Below, in pieces: positions 16,808 to 25,983 of a stretch of 64,000 nt of DNA (within the stretch, counting starts at the first letter, position 1; every line of letters begins with the position of its first letter). The translations under genes were made by a program, and so were the position numbers. The notes beneath the pieces are model-generated. The model searched no databases. It had not been told where the DNA came from and worked only from the letters and a program-made list of their open reading frames with translations. The stretch is taken from the sequence record PV764603.1; one strand, given 5' to 3'.

Positions 16808-17509
16808 TCAGCCCTCGTACTCGTCAGCGTCAACCGGAGACGACTGCTTACGCAGCATCTGGCGTTCAGCCCAGCGGGCCAGCTTATCGAAGTTCTTGAT
16901 CTTGCTGGCTTCCTCGAAGACATAACGGTAGTCGGCCGCAGACAGACGTTCATCGCCACAGTTCTTGATGGACGCGTGCACTGCATCCATGTTCATATCC
17001 TTGGCCTGAACCATGATGTTCAAGATGACCGGATTGATCTGATTGGCGATCACCACGTCGTTCTCTGCATCCGGGTTGCGAATCGGCTTGCGGTTGCGAT
17101 CACCCAGCGCTGCCGGGGTCTTGCCACTGCCACCGTTCTCAATGCCCATCGACGCATTGATGACCTCGTTACGGATGTTCTGAATACGTGCATGCTCCGC
17201 ACGTGCATCGCTGCGCTCCATGAACTTGTTGGCCGCTTCCGGGTCGATGATGAGCAGCAGACCGCTGTTGACCGCACGCTTGAACGGAGCCGAATTGACG
17301 ATCACGTCACGGTCGCCGATTTCAACAAGGTTCTGAGGAATGAAGGAAGCTTCAATCATCAGTCGGTTGTTGTCGTCGATGTGCAGGGACACGCGCGAGC
17401 TATCCGAGTGTGCATTCACCGCCATGCGGTTTACGTTCAGCACCCACAGTTCGTCGTGCTCCGAACGAATGGCGTCCATGATGGTGATGGCGTGGTTTTC
17501 AAGACTCAT
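16808..17509 (-). CDS. Hypothetical protein (233 aa)
   Basis: Phage-like codon usage; overlapped in an operon with two other minus-strand genes; GGAG RBS. Confidence 0.7.
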   Translation of the reverse strand: MSLENHAITIMDAIRSEHDELWVLNVNRMAVNAHSDSSRVSLHIDDNNRLMIEASFIPQNLVEIGDRDVIVNSAPFKRAVNSGLLLIIDPEAANKFMERSDARAEHARIQNIRNEVINASMGIENGGSGKTPAALGDRNRKPIRNPDAENDVVIANQINPVILNIMVQAKDMNMDAVHASIKNCGDERLSAADYRYVFEEASKIKNFDKLARWAERQMLRKQSSPVDADEYEG

Positions 17510-18009
17510 GAGAAATCTCCGATGGGTTTAAGGATTTGATACTCCGCCTTTGTCAGGTTCAATACCCTGCGCAGGCGGTGATTGTGGGCATTGAGGAAAG
17601 CCAAGTCGCCTTCCTCTAACTTTTTGATTCCCGACAGGAATGCCTTCCAGTTCTTTCTAGACAAGGCAGCTATGAACTTGCTGACGGACCATTTCGATTG
17701 GCTAAACCAAGGCGAAGCTAGTTTGTCTCTGCACAGCTGCTCAATGTCATCCGGTAGCACTGTCGTGGCATACGGCACGCGCTCTAGGAATGTTGCATAC
17801 TCATCGAGAATCAGGATGCGGGCTATTCTTAACTTACCTCTCTCCCGAGAGGTACGCAGGGCAGCTAACGTGATGCCCTTGGTGGTTGCAATGAGCTTCG
17901 GGGTAGTAACACCTTTGATGCACATTCCCTGAGCCCAATACATGCAGGAGAAGTTCCCACATGATCCTGTATAAGAAGTACCGATAAGTGGACAGCGAAG
18001 CTTTGTCAC
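17506..18009 (-). CDS. Hypothetical protein with N-terminal Cys cluster (possible Zn-binding)
   Basis: CPLIGTSYTGSCGNFSCMYWAQGMC; 4-nt overlaps at both ends. Confidence 0.6.
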   Translation of the reverse strand: MTKLRCPLIGTSYTGSCGNFSCMYWAQGMCIKGVTTPKLIATTKGITLAALRTSRERGKLRIARILILDEYATFLERVPYATTVLPDDIEQLCRDKLASPWFSQSKWSVSKFIAALSRKNWKAFLSGIKKLEEGDLAFLNAHNHRLRRVLNLTKAEYQILKPIGDFS

Positions 18010-19244
18010 TTTCTCCCTTTCCGACTAATAGCTTTGAGTAGCTTGTTCAAAGTTGCCTTGGTGAATTGGTAGTGGGGCAGGCTGTAATATAGCTCGGACG
18101 CATACACACCAATAAGCATCGCATCAATAACGTGAGGCTCTTGATCCGTTTGCTTGTATACGTCCTCAAGGTTGAACTTGGCGTTGAATGCGTTTTTCCA
18201 CTGCGACGCAGGGAATACCACAGTCGGTTCTTTCGTTCGTACCATGAATGCCCCGATCATTGCGTTCACTGCTTCCATCGTGGTGCCGTTCAAGCCCATG
18301 CGATACATGAACCTTTCCGCCGCCCACGCAGAAGCACCGAACTCCTGACCTAGTGACTCAATCTCATTCAAGAAGCTCAATACTTGCATTCGATGTTCGC
18401 TTCCGACCATCGACTTAACTGTGCTGTTGATCTTCCCTGATCCACGTACTACTGGAAGTTTTCCATACTCCACGTTGAGGCATGCCCATGCACAGTTGGA
18501 CGTACCTGGGTCGAGACTGAGAATGGTCATCATTGGCCGCTCAACACGGCGAATGATTCCCGCAACCCAATCGAACCCTGATCTGAACCACCCTTCGGGA
18601 AGCTCATAGGCATTGCGTCCCTTGACCACAAAGACGCGCAGCTTTTTCTTCTTTCCAGCTTTAGCCAAACTGACGAACTTGTCCCATTCCGAGTACAGCT
18701 TGTTTACGCTCACTGCACAGATGGGGGCGCCGTTGGCCATAGCAGACGGAACATAGTGGCGGACGATCTTGTCAGTGGTAAAGGCGATGGAATCCCCATC
18801 CCTAGCCGCCGTGATCTTGCCACGTATACAATTAGTCGGAAGGCGTCCTGAGCGATATTTGGCAGGTAGGGCCTTGCATTTGGGGCAGCTGTCGAACTTG
18901 GTAGCCGCAGCCCAATTATGTGCCGCCACGAACTGCTTGTTGCACACCTTGCACAGGTAACGCCGTCCTTTAGCCTCAATCCGAATGGGTAGCACACGGT
19001 CGAATTTCTTGATGACCCGAGCTATCCATTCGGCTTGCTGCTGGCCTCCTGCATACATGCAAGCCTGACACTTGCCTGCACTCGACAACATAACCCGAGG
19101 GCTACGATTGAACGTCTTGCCACACCCCACGCACTTGTGGGCTATGGCTATGTCCCTGCCTCGATACTTACCCAGCATCAAGTTGGAACCAAATCGCTTA
19201 GTCAGCGCCGCAGTGTAGGCCGCTGCCTTAGCCCCTTTTGCCAC
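18006..19244 (-). CDS. RuvC-like Holliday junction resolvase fused to N-terminal Zn-ribbon repeats
   Basis: C-half ILSLDPGTSN, AAERF, FPASQWK, HVIDAMLIG (RuvC acidic motifs); N-half CVGC..CQAC and CKVC..CPKC. Confidence 0.75.
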   Translation of the reverse strand: MAKGAKAAAYTAALTKRFGSNLMLGKYRGRDIAIAHKCVGCGKTFNRSPRVMLSSAGKCQACMYAGGQQQAEWIARVIKKFDRVLPIRIEAKGRRYLCKVCNKQFVAAHNWAAATKFDSCPKCKALPAKYRSGRLPTNCIRGKITAARDGDSIAFTTDKIVRHYVPSAMANGAPICAVSVNKLYSEWDKFVSLAKAGKKKKLRVFVVKGRNAYELPEGWFRSGFDWVAGIIRRVERPMMTILSLDPGTSNCAWACLNVEYGKLPVVRGSGKINSTVKSMVGSEHRMQVLSFLNEIESLGQEFGASAWAAERFMYRMGLNGTTMEAVNAMIGAFMVRTKEPTVVFPASQWKNAFNAKFNLEDVYKQTDQEPHVIDAMLIGVYASELYYSLPHYQFTKATLNKLLKAISRKGRK

Positions 19245-19410
19245 AAATCCTCCGAAATTGGCGGTTAAACGTGCTATAGCTGGGATTGTCTAGATAGCCC
19301 CAGCAGTTAATTTTAGATGACAGGCAAGCTCCCCTTGAACGTAGCGGGACGCTTCCTACGCCTATTATTTACAGTATTGCCCTGAACCGATTTCCTCATA
19401 AGAGTTGCTC

Positions 19411-20643
19411 ATGGCCACTAGAGTTTCACGGCCGAAAAGGCCATATCTACCTCCCAAGAATAATCGGTTGGTGAGTGTAGGGCAGCGTAATCTACAAGCC
19501 CTGCATCACAACAATCGACAGAACGTAATCAACGCCATCAGCGCTACCGGGTACCCCATCACCCTCTACAACACTCTGAGGACGGGCATCAAATGTAGCT
19601 GCATGTTCGTACAGCAACCTCCGAACCAACTCCTAGATCAAGAGGGGAAGCTTTCGGAAAGCAATATGAACGCGCTTCTTGAGCCTAGCTCTGGCCTACT
19701 TGATTACGGACAAGACACGCTACCCTCTGAGAACCTGCAATCGGTTCTTCCGGTGGAGCGAATCGCGCTCAACGATACTTCGCGTCCGATCCTGAATCCA
19801 TACGAGCGCGCCGAACGCACTCAATTTGACCACATCGACACATCCACTGCACAGATGGATCGGATGGTGGACGATTGGGATACGCTCGAAATGGATACGG
19901 AGTTTGACGCAGTGCTGACCCCTGAACGCTTCATGGCTAATCAGGGACGCGCCTGCGCCGTGTGCTTCGGTACGGGTTACGTGGGTGGGTACGAACTGCT
20001 GCATGGCACTCGACTCATCCTGACGCCTCTGCATCCACATGAGCGCTCGGACACGATTGTACTTGATCGCAACGCCAGTCCTAACACGTTTGACAGCATG
20101 ACGGAAGGTTGGGTTCGTTTCCAAGTCACGCTGCCGCGAGGCACTGACTACGCCCTATTCCCCCGACTGTTCAACAACACGATCCCCATCCCCTACAAGG
20201 AATGGAAGCTGTTGGATAACGAGGGCATTCGGATGGACCCTGCACGTATCAAGGAATTGTGCATTGGTAAACCGATCTTCATTGAGGTACACGTAGGTAA
20301 GCTAGTGTTCACCCATCTGGAGATTCTTCTCAGCGGTCGGCCTCAGAATCAGCCGCTCAAAGCAGACAGTCCTGAAATCCAGACGATCACTGACGTGAAC
20401 CGAATGGACGCCAAGACGCCTGTTACGTGGATTCTCGGTGGCACCTACAATATCTCCAAGCGCGCTGTGGTGATTGACCACTTGCCGGGAATGAGTAGGC
20501 ACTGGCGAGTCAACGACATTCAAGCCCGTCGGGATAACCTCAACTGGATTTACGAAGAGACTCTATCGAGTCGATTGGTTGATCTGTACGAAATCACCCA
20601 ACTCCTACGTCCTGTCCGTTATGAAACGGCCCCACTAGACTAA
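19411..20643 (+). CDS. Virion structural protein, putative neck/head-completion
   Basis: GIKCSC ... CAVCFGTGYVGGY Zn-binding motif seen in large-myovirus neck proteins; first gene of a late block. Confidence 0.5.
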   Translation: MATRVSRPKRPYLPPKNNRLVSVGQRNLQALHHNNRQNVINAISATGYPITLYNTLRTGIKCSCMFVQQPPNQLLDQEGKLSESNMNALLEPSSGLLDYGQDTLPSENLQSVLPVERIALNDTSRPILNPYERAERTQFDHIDTSTAQMDRMVDDWDTLEMDTEFDAVLTPERFMANQGRACAVCFGTGYVGGYELLHGTRLILTPLHPHERSDTIVLDRNASPNTFDSMTEGWVRFQVTLPRGTDYALFPRLFNNTIPIPYKEWKLLDNEGIRMDPARIKELCIGKPIFIEVHVGKLVFTHLEILLSGRPQNQPLKADSPEIQTITDVNRMDAKTPVTWILGGTYNISKRAVVIDHLPGMSRHWRVNDIQARRDNLNWIYEETLSSRLVDLYEITQLLRPVRYETAPLD

Positions 20644-20651
20644 AACAACTT

Positions 20652-21959
20652 ATGAACAAGCTAAAGCGTCTCGGTCAGTCTACGGTGACTGCTCTCACTG
20701 ATTATCAGTTCCGCACTGTGGGTGAAGTGGAAAAGGTTCTGGCAAGCATGCCGCTGCCTACGATGGAAACTGCCACGTCCCTGCGTCGTCTCCCCATCTC
20801 CGACTCGAAGGAAGAAGTCCCCGTTGAGGACAACAAGCCAGAAGGTTGGACGCCGGGCCAGCGCCTGTCCACCAACAAGTTCAAGCATACTGGTGTTCCG
20901 GGTGAGCCGGTCAAGTTCAATCAGCGTGAATCGCGCGAGATTCGGGCCCTGACCAACCTGCACCACGACTTGGCGGATCAGGGCGAGAAGATCAACTCTC
21001 TCAAGGTCAACGCCCTAAATTCGTTCAAGGGTTCCAAGTTTGAATCTCAGATGGAACGCGCTCTTGGCCTGTTCGACAAGCGCGAGCGCGAACTGCTGGA
21101 ACACGAACTGGACGCACACGGTCGCCTGCACGAAATCGCAGAGAATGCGATCCCCGAGGACGCCCGTGTCACGTTCAACAAGACGGTCAACCCCATCGTC
21201 AAGAATCTGGCAGGCAAGTACAAGTCGCTGACCCGTCGCTACACCGTGACTCTGCTGCCGTCGGATCAGAATGTGGTGCAGTTCCAGCTGATCGTCTCGC
21301 TGGAGAAGCTCAAGAATGACAAGGGCTTTGTTTACCCGCACTTCTACATGATTGTCACCTGTATTATCGACAATCGGAATCATTACCACTACTACGTGGA
21401 CACTTCGACGGCCAAGCCGGTTCCCAATGTGACTCCTATCGAGCACGAAAGCCGTGGCTTCTCCTTCACCAAGGCTGATGACGGTCGCCGCCTGCTGCAA
21501 TCGCACCTGCTGGTGGACGAAAGCATCGACCTGAGTATCCCGACTGAACTGCCGCGCAGTAAGGAAGAGATTGAGGGCACCAAGTTCCGTAACGACAACA
21601 TCCGCACGGTCAAGGTCAACGCTGACGATCACACGATCACGTTTACCACGGATAAGGATGTTGGTCCTAAGCTGGTGGACAAGGTGGTAAAGGACATTCT
21701 CGCCGATCTTGCTGGTCTGTTCCTGAGCAAGAACCTGCATGAGAAGATGAAGCACAAGGTAACCAAGCTGAGCACCGGCGGTTACAAGGTGGTGGTGTGG
21801 GTTGGTACTCCGACTGCTCGCATCGGTAAGGAGTATCAGGCAGACAGCCATCGTCTCGACGTGTTGCAGCACGATCTGGGTCTGGATGAAACTCAGGTCA
21901 ATCAGATTCGCCGCATGCTGCGTGGCCGCTCGCAGATTCGTATTCCGGATCATGAGTAA
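20652..21959 (+). CDS. Hypothetical protein, putative processed head protein
   Basis: 435 aa; N-terminal TVTA, VLAS and METATSLRR motifs. Confidence 0.6.
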   Translation: MNKLKRLGQSTVTALTDYQFRTVGEVEKVLASMPLPTMETATSLRRLPISDSKEEVPVEDNKPEGWTPGQRLSTNKFKHTGVPGEPVKFNQRESREIRALTNLHHDLADQGEKINSLKVNALNSFKGSKFESQMERALGLFDKRERELLEHELDAHGRLHEIAENAIPEDARVTFNKTVNPIVKNLAGKYKSLTRRYTVTLLPSDQNVVQFQLIVSLEKLKNDKGFVYPHFYMIVTCIIDNRNHYHYYVDTSTAKPVPNVTPIEHESRGFSFTKADDGRRLLQSHLLVDESIDLSIPTELPRSKEEIEGTKFRNDNIRTVKVNADDHTITFTTDKDVGPKLVDKVVKDILADLAGLFLSKNLHEKMKHKVTKLSTGGYKVVVWVGTPTARIGKEYQADSHRLDVLQHDLGLDETQVNQIRRMLRGRSQIRIPDHE

Positions 21960-23190
21960 GCTTCGGCAGGTGCTGGTAGTGCAGGCGGACAAGGGCAACA
22001 ACGTAGATGACCCCAACATTACTCAGGACAGCACGGCGCTGGACAATCACGAACTGGCAATCTTCGGATTCGGCAAGAAGGCAGCGCATGAACGCAAGCG
22101 CACTGCTTTCTACAAGCACCAAGACTCCGAAGTCGAGCACCTGAAAAATCACGCACGCTCTACCGGCTTCAACGGACACATCATGCGCGGTGGCAAGTTC
22201 ACCAAACGATACATCGCGCACATCAAGAAAGTGAATGACCCTGCCATCGCCCACCGGGTCATTCAATTCCATCACAAGAACCAGCTTGGTGTGAAGCATC
22301 GCCTTGGCTATCATCATGGCTTTACTACCGCAGTAGTAGACGCCGGACCTGATCCGCACACGGATGACTTCCACGATCTAAACGCGGAGCATTCCATGAC
22401 TGAGAAGACTGAAAACGCTGCACTGTGGAACGGTGAAGCAACGCACACGATGGGTGACAACCTTGGCGAGATTATGGACGGTCGCCAGTTTGTTGGTACC
22501 TTGCTTGACTACGAGTTCAACGAAGTGCCCGTGTGGTATCAGCCGCGCAACAACACGCACTTCCGAGGTTCCTCCACACTGGTGATCCCTGATCGCACGG
22601 TGGCCTACGGTAACTGGAAGGTTCTGTCTACCAACGGCAAATTCCACGTGCGCAAGCTGCGTGCTTTCCTCGACAAGCAGCTGCCGCCCGACCGTCGTAC
22701 GCCTGACTACAAGGCACTCAAGATCGAAATCAATCCGTCGGAGCTGGTCAAGTCCGTGGACACCACGATCCAGCCCAAGACTCAGGTGGACCTGACGGGT
22801 GGCACGATGAAGGTCACTCAGGATCGCCGCCTGTGGGACGATGAAACTTCGGTACTGGCGAACGAACAGATCGACATGCTGCTCACTCAGATGACGGCGG
22901 CCGGCTTCAATTTTGTACGTAGCTACTACAGCGTACACTACGCGTTCTACAACGCCAAGCTGGATAACCACGTTCTGTTCAACCTCACCACCTCTCGGAC
23001 CAAGAGCATTCAGGAAATCGAGAATGCACTGAACGCAATCAGCTGGAACTTCCAGCCGTTGCCGTTCCAGTGGCCTGCGTACAACTACACCGCTCCCACG
23101 TGGCGCGCTATGGTGGAGTTGGATAACGGGCGTCGGCTTGTGATGGCATTGGACTACGCCAAGAGCACTTTGGTGTTCGACCTCCTGTAA
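21952..23190 (+). CDS. Hypothetical protein with His-rich N-terminal part (412 aa)
   Basis: Start re-assigned to ATG 21952, overlapping the upstream stop (ATGAGTAA). Confidence 0.65.
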   Translation: MSKLRQVLVVQADKGNNVDDPNITQDSTALDNHELAIFGFGKKAAHERKRTAFYKHQDSEVEHLKNHARSTGFNGHIMRGGKFTKRYIAHIKKVNDPAIAHRVIQFHHKNQLGVKHRLGYHHGFTTAVVDAGPDPHTDDFHDLNAEHSMTEKTENAALWNGEATHTMGDNLGEIMDGRQFVGTLLDYEFNEVPVWYQPRNNTHFRGSSTLVIPDRTVAYGNWKVLSTNGKFHVRKLRAFLDKQLPPDRRTPDYKALKIEINPSELVKSVDTTIQPKTQVDLTGGTMKVTQDRRLWDDETSVLANEQIDMLLTQMTAAGFNFVRSYYSVHYAFYNAKLDNHVLFNLTTSRTKSIQEIENALNAISWNFQPLPFQWPAYNYTAPTWRAMVELDNGRRLVMALDYAKSTLVFDLL

Positions 23191-23200
23191 CGGAACTTAT

Positions 23201-25144
23201 ATGGACAGGGAAAAAGAGCACCCATTCGACTATCATCTTCGGATGACGAATCTTGCTGCCAAGAAGGCGCACGAAGCTACGGCCCAAGGGCAGCACAACG
23301 AAGCGCACAAGTGGCATCTGAAAGTCCTGCATCACATAGGCGAAGCGCGCAAGCACAAGCCACCCACCATTCCACCTTCCATTGCCTCCGAGCTCGCTAA
23401 AATGGCACATAATTCCAAGATGCACACCGCATCTGCGAAGACTTCAACCCTACAGCATGCTCATCGCATCGTTAATGACCATGCTTCGGATATCCACGGT
23501 GGTGATTCGCACAGCGACGTTTCTAAGCGTCGCTTCACTCGTTATCAGCTCCGCGCTGGTGACCTTGAGAACGCTATGCACGAACTCAAGACCGCTGGTT
23601 TCAAGACTGCTACCAACCATGCCCCGAGAGCCAAGCATCACTTGGTAAACGGACGGACGCATGTTCTCATCAGTCATCCTGAAGGCAGGCACGAAACTCA
23701 CATCGTCAACGTTCAGCACGCAAGTGTTGATTCTTCTGAGAACTCCAACATGGCACTATCTGCGCAGGCACTCGCCAACCTCAAGTCTATGAATGAAACT
23801 GCCCGTGAGGATCATGAAGATCATGAGCCCTACGGCATGGAGAACAAGCCCCGTCCTAAGAAGACTACTGCAACCACGGAATCTCCTGCCGAACTCGCGG
23901 CGTATGGCACCTATCGGGGTTATCACCCGCATCGCGCCCTACATGACGAAGCGCGCCATCTGTTGGAATCCCGAGGCCACCACGCTAGTCATAGCTCTGA
24001 CCGCCTAGGTGCTCTCTCCGGGGTTAGGGGCATGCGTGTTCAACATCAAGTTGGCAGTACCGCAACTAAACTGCCCCGCCCCGAACAGCACGCCGAGCAC
24101 ATGGCTGCCACGCAAGAACTCCACAAGCTTGTTCAGAAGCATGGCTTCCAGCATACCTCTGGCGGTACATATCATCATCCTGAGACGGGCGCAAAGGTTC
24201 ATATCCATACCCCTCATGTAGGCAAGACGGGTGATAGTTATCTGGATCACTTCGATAATCATACCAATATGAGCATCACCCACAGCCTGAGTAAGCGAAA
24301 GGCTACGGCGGGTATGGAAGAAGAAGTCGCCCTGTTCAGCAAGGGTCCGAAGTTCGGCAAGAACTGGAAGGATCATGAGAGCGTGGACGATCACAACCAT
24401 CACATGCGCCATGCAGGTAAGCATCTTGCGGAGTACAACAAGTACGCTGCCAAGGTGAACGAAGCACGCGCCGCTGGTCGGGGCGACGAGGCTAACAAGT
24501 TGGCAGAGCGTGCTCAGCGCCACCTCGGGTGGAATCGCAACCACCTCGCACGCGCTCGCAAAATCTACCACAAGTCGATGGCCGCATTTGAGGCGGAAAT
24601 TGCTTCCCTGACTGTTGAAGCAGCCACTGGTTCTCAAAAGGCAGCAGACGCACGCGCTGACGCACGTAGGATGGAAAAGTTCCACGGGTATCACCGCCGC
24701 GCCAACGACGCTCACTCCAAGCTTGGTCTTCCGGGTGATCACGCCCACGCTCACCGTAGTGCTTCCAAGGACTACGGTACTGCCTTGCTGAATCATGTTG
24801 GTGTGCACGCCCCCGGCACCATTGATAGTAGTCCGGGAGAACACAAGGTAGGTACCCATCGTCACATCAAGGGCTCCTCTGCTTCGCACATCAGCCTGCA
24901 CTCTGTCCATAACAAGTTGACGGACCTAGGCTACGAGCACAAGGGCAAGGTAAATCATGATGACAAGGAACTGGAACATCATGAGTACCACCACCCGGAG
25001 CACAAGTTCACGGTGTCCCTGTATAAGCGTTCTACGCACGACGGCGGCAAGGCGCATCACAGTGTTGGCGCTATCGTACACCATGCACCTAATGGATACG
25101 AACACCATGCCAAGGGCCTGACTGCTACTAAGCCCACCACGTAA
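23201..25144 (+). CDS. His-rich modular protein, putative internal head polyprotein
   Basis: About 85 His in 647 aa by manual count; modules separated by ETA/ATA/VEAA motifs. Confidence 0.65.
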   Translation: MDREKEHPFDYHLRMTNLAAKKAHEATAQGQHNEAHKWHLKVLHHIGEARKHKPPTIPPSIASELAKMAHNSKMHTASAKTSTLQHAHRIVNDHASDIHGGDSHSDVSKRRFTRYQLRAGDLENAMHELKTAGFKTATNHAPRAKHHLVNGRTHVLISHPEGRHETHIVNVQHASVDSSENSNMALSAQALANLKSMNETAREDHEDHEPYGMENKPRPKKTTATTESPAELAAYGTYRGYHPHRALHDEARHLLESRGHHASHSSDRLGALSGVRGMRVQHQVGSTATKLPRPEQHAEHMAATQELHKLVQKHGFQHTSGGTYHHPETGAKVHIHTPHVGKTGDSYLDHFDNHTNMSITHSLSKRKATAGMEEEVALFSKGPKFGKNWKDHESVDDHNHHMRHAGKHLAEYNKYAAKVNEARAAGRGDEANKLAERAQRHLGWNRNHLARARKIYHKSMAAFEAEIASLTVEAATGSQKAADARADARRMEKFHGYHRRANDAHSKLGLPGDHAHAHRSASKDYGTALLNHVGVHAPGTIDSSPGEHKVGTHRHIKGSSASHISLHSVHNKLTDLGYEHKGKVNHDDKELEHHEYHHPEHKFTVSLYKRSTHDGGKAHHSVGAIVHHAPNGYEHHAKGLTATKPTT

Positions 25145-25983
25145 TGATCGGTGAACGTCTCGCGTACCCAACTGGATATGGCTTCCAGTTGGGTATTCGC
25201 ACAAGTGAACGTACCATGTGGTCAGATGACGGGCGCACTGTTCCTCTGGATCATAAGCCGCAGGTAGTTGCCAATCCTATCAACTGCCCGCATCCAATCC
25301 CCGAGGATCAATTGATCCCTGCTGATTGGCGCAATCTGCTCACGGCCAAGCTTCGGTGTCCTGCTTTTGGTACGCAACTTCTGTACGGCATGTGGGCGAC
25401 CATCGCTCACCTGAGCAACTTCAAAGCTGCACAGACGCCGTTGATCGAAATCACGGATGATCTACCTGCGCATAACCTTGGCAACTTCAACATTGTCCAC
25501 GGTCGGCCTCGCATACAGGTAGCCAAGTCGCGCATCTACACTTACGCGGCGCTGGCGTCGATTATCGCCCACGAAACTGCGCACCAAATTCAACGCACCG
25601 TGTTCAACTCTTCGGAAGAGTCCCACGGCGAACTGTTCGACAAGATTTGTAGGGAGATTACCTCCCGGACTGGCATTGCGATCCATCGTAGTGTCGATTT
25701 TGTTGGGGACAGGTCATTCGCTGTTAGCGATCCCCTGCCTAGCAAGTACCCCATTTACTACATCATCGCTGATGGGCGGGTATCGTACACGGATAGTCAT
25801 AGTGAAGTGACGGAAATAATCACTGCTCCTGACGCTATTGATGCAGACCTCCAAGTCTACAAGAGCCACGACATTAGCTTGATTGACTGGCTCCGTCCTG
25901 AAACTGACCTGAAACGATTTACCCGAGTTCGCCCGGACGTGCTAAAGGTCATCGCACACAGAGGCACACGCATTTACCCATGA
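25144..25983 (+). CDS. SprT-like zinc metalloprotease
   Basis: IIAHETAHQI (HExxH) followed by ESHGELF; upstream NLGNF..RPRIQVA strand typical of SprT. Confidence 0.8.
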   Translation: MIGERLAYPTGYGFQLGIRTSERTMWSDDGRTVPLDHKPQVVANPINCPHPIPEDQLIPADWRNLLTAKLRCPAFGTQLLYGMWATIAHLSNFKAAQTPLIEITDDLPAHNLGNFNIVHGRPRIQVAKSRIYTYAALASIIAHETAHQIQRTVFNSSEESHGELFDKICREITSRTGIAIHRSVDFVGDRSFAVSDPLPSKYPIYYIIADGRVSYTDSHSEVTEIITAPDAIDADLQVYKSHDISLIDWLRPETDLKRFTRVRPDVLKVIAHRGTRIYP

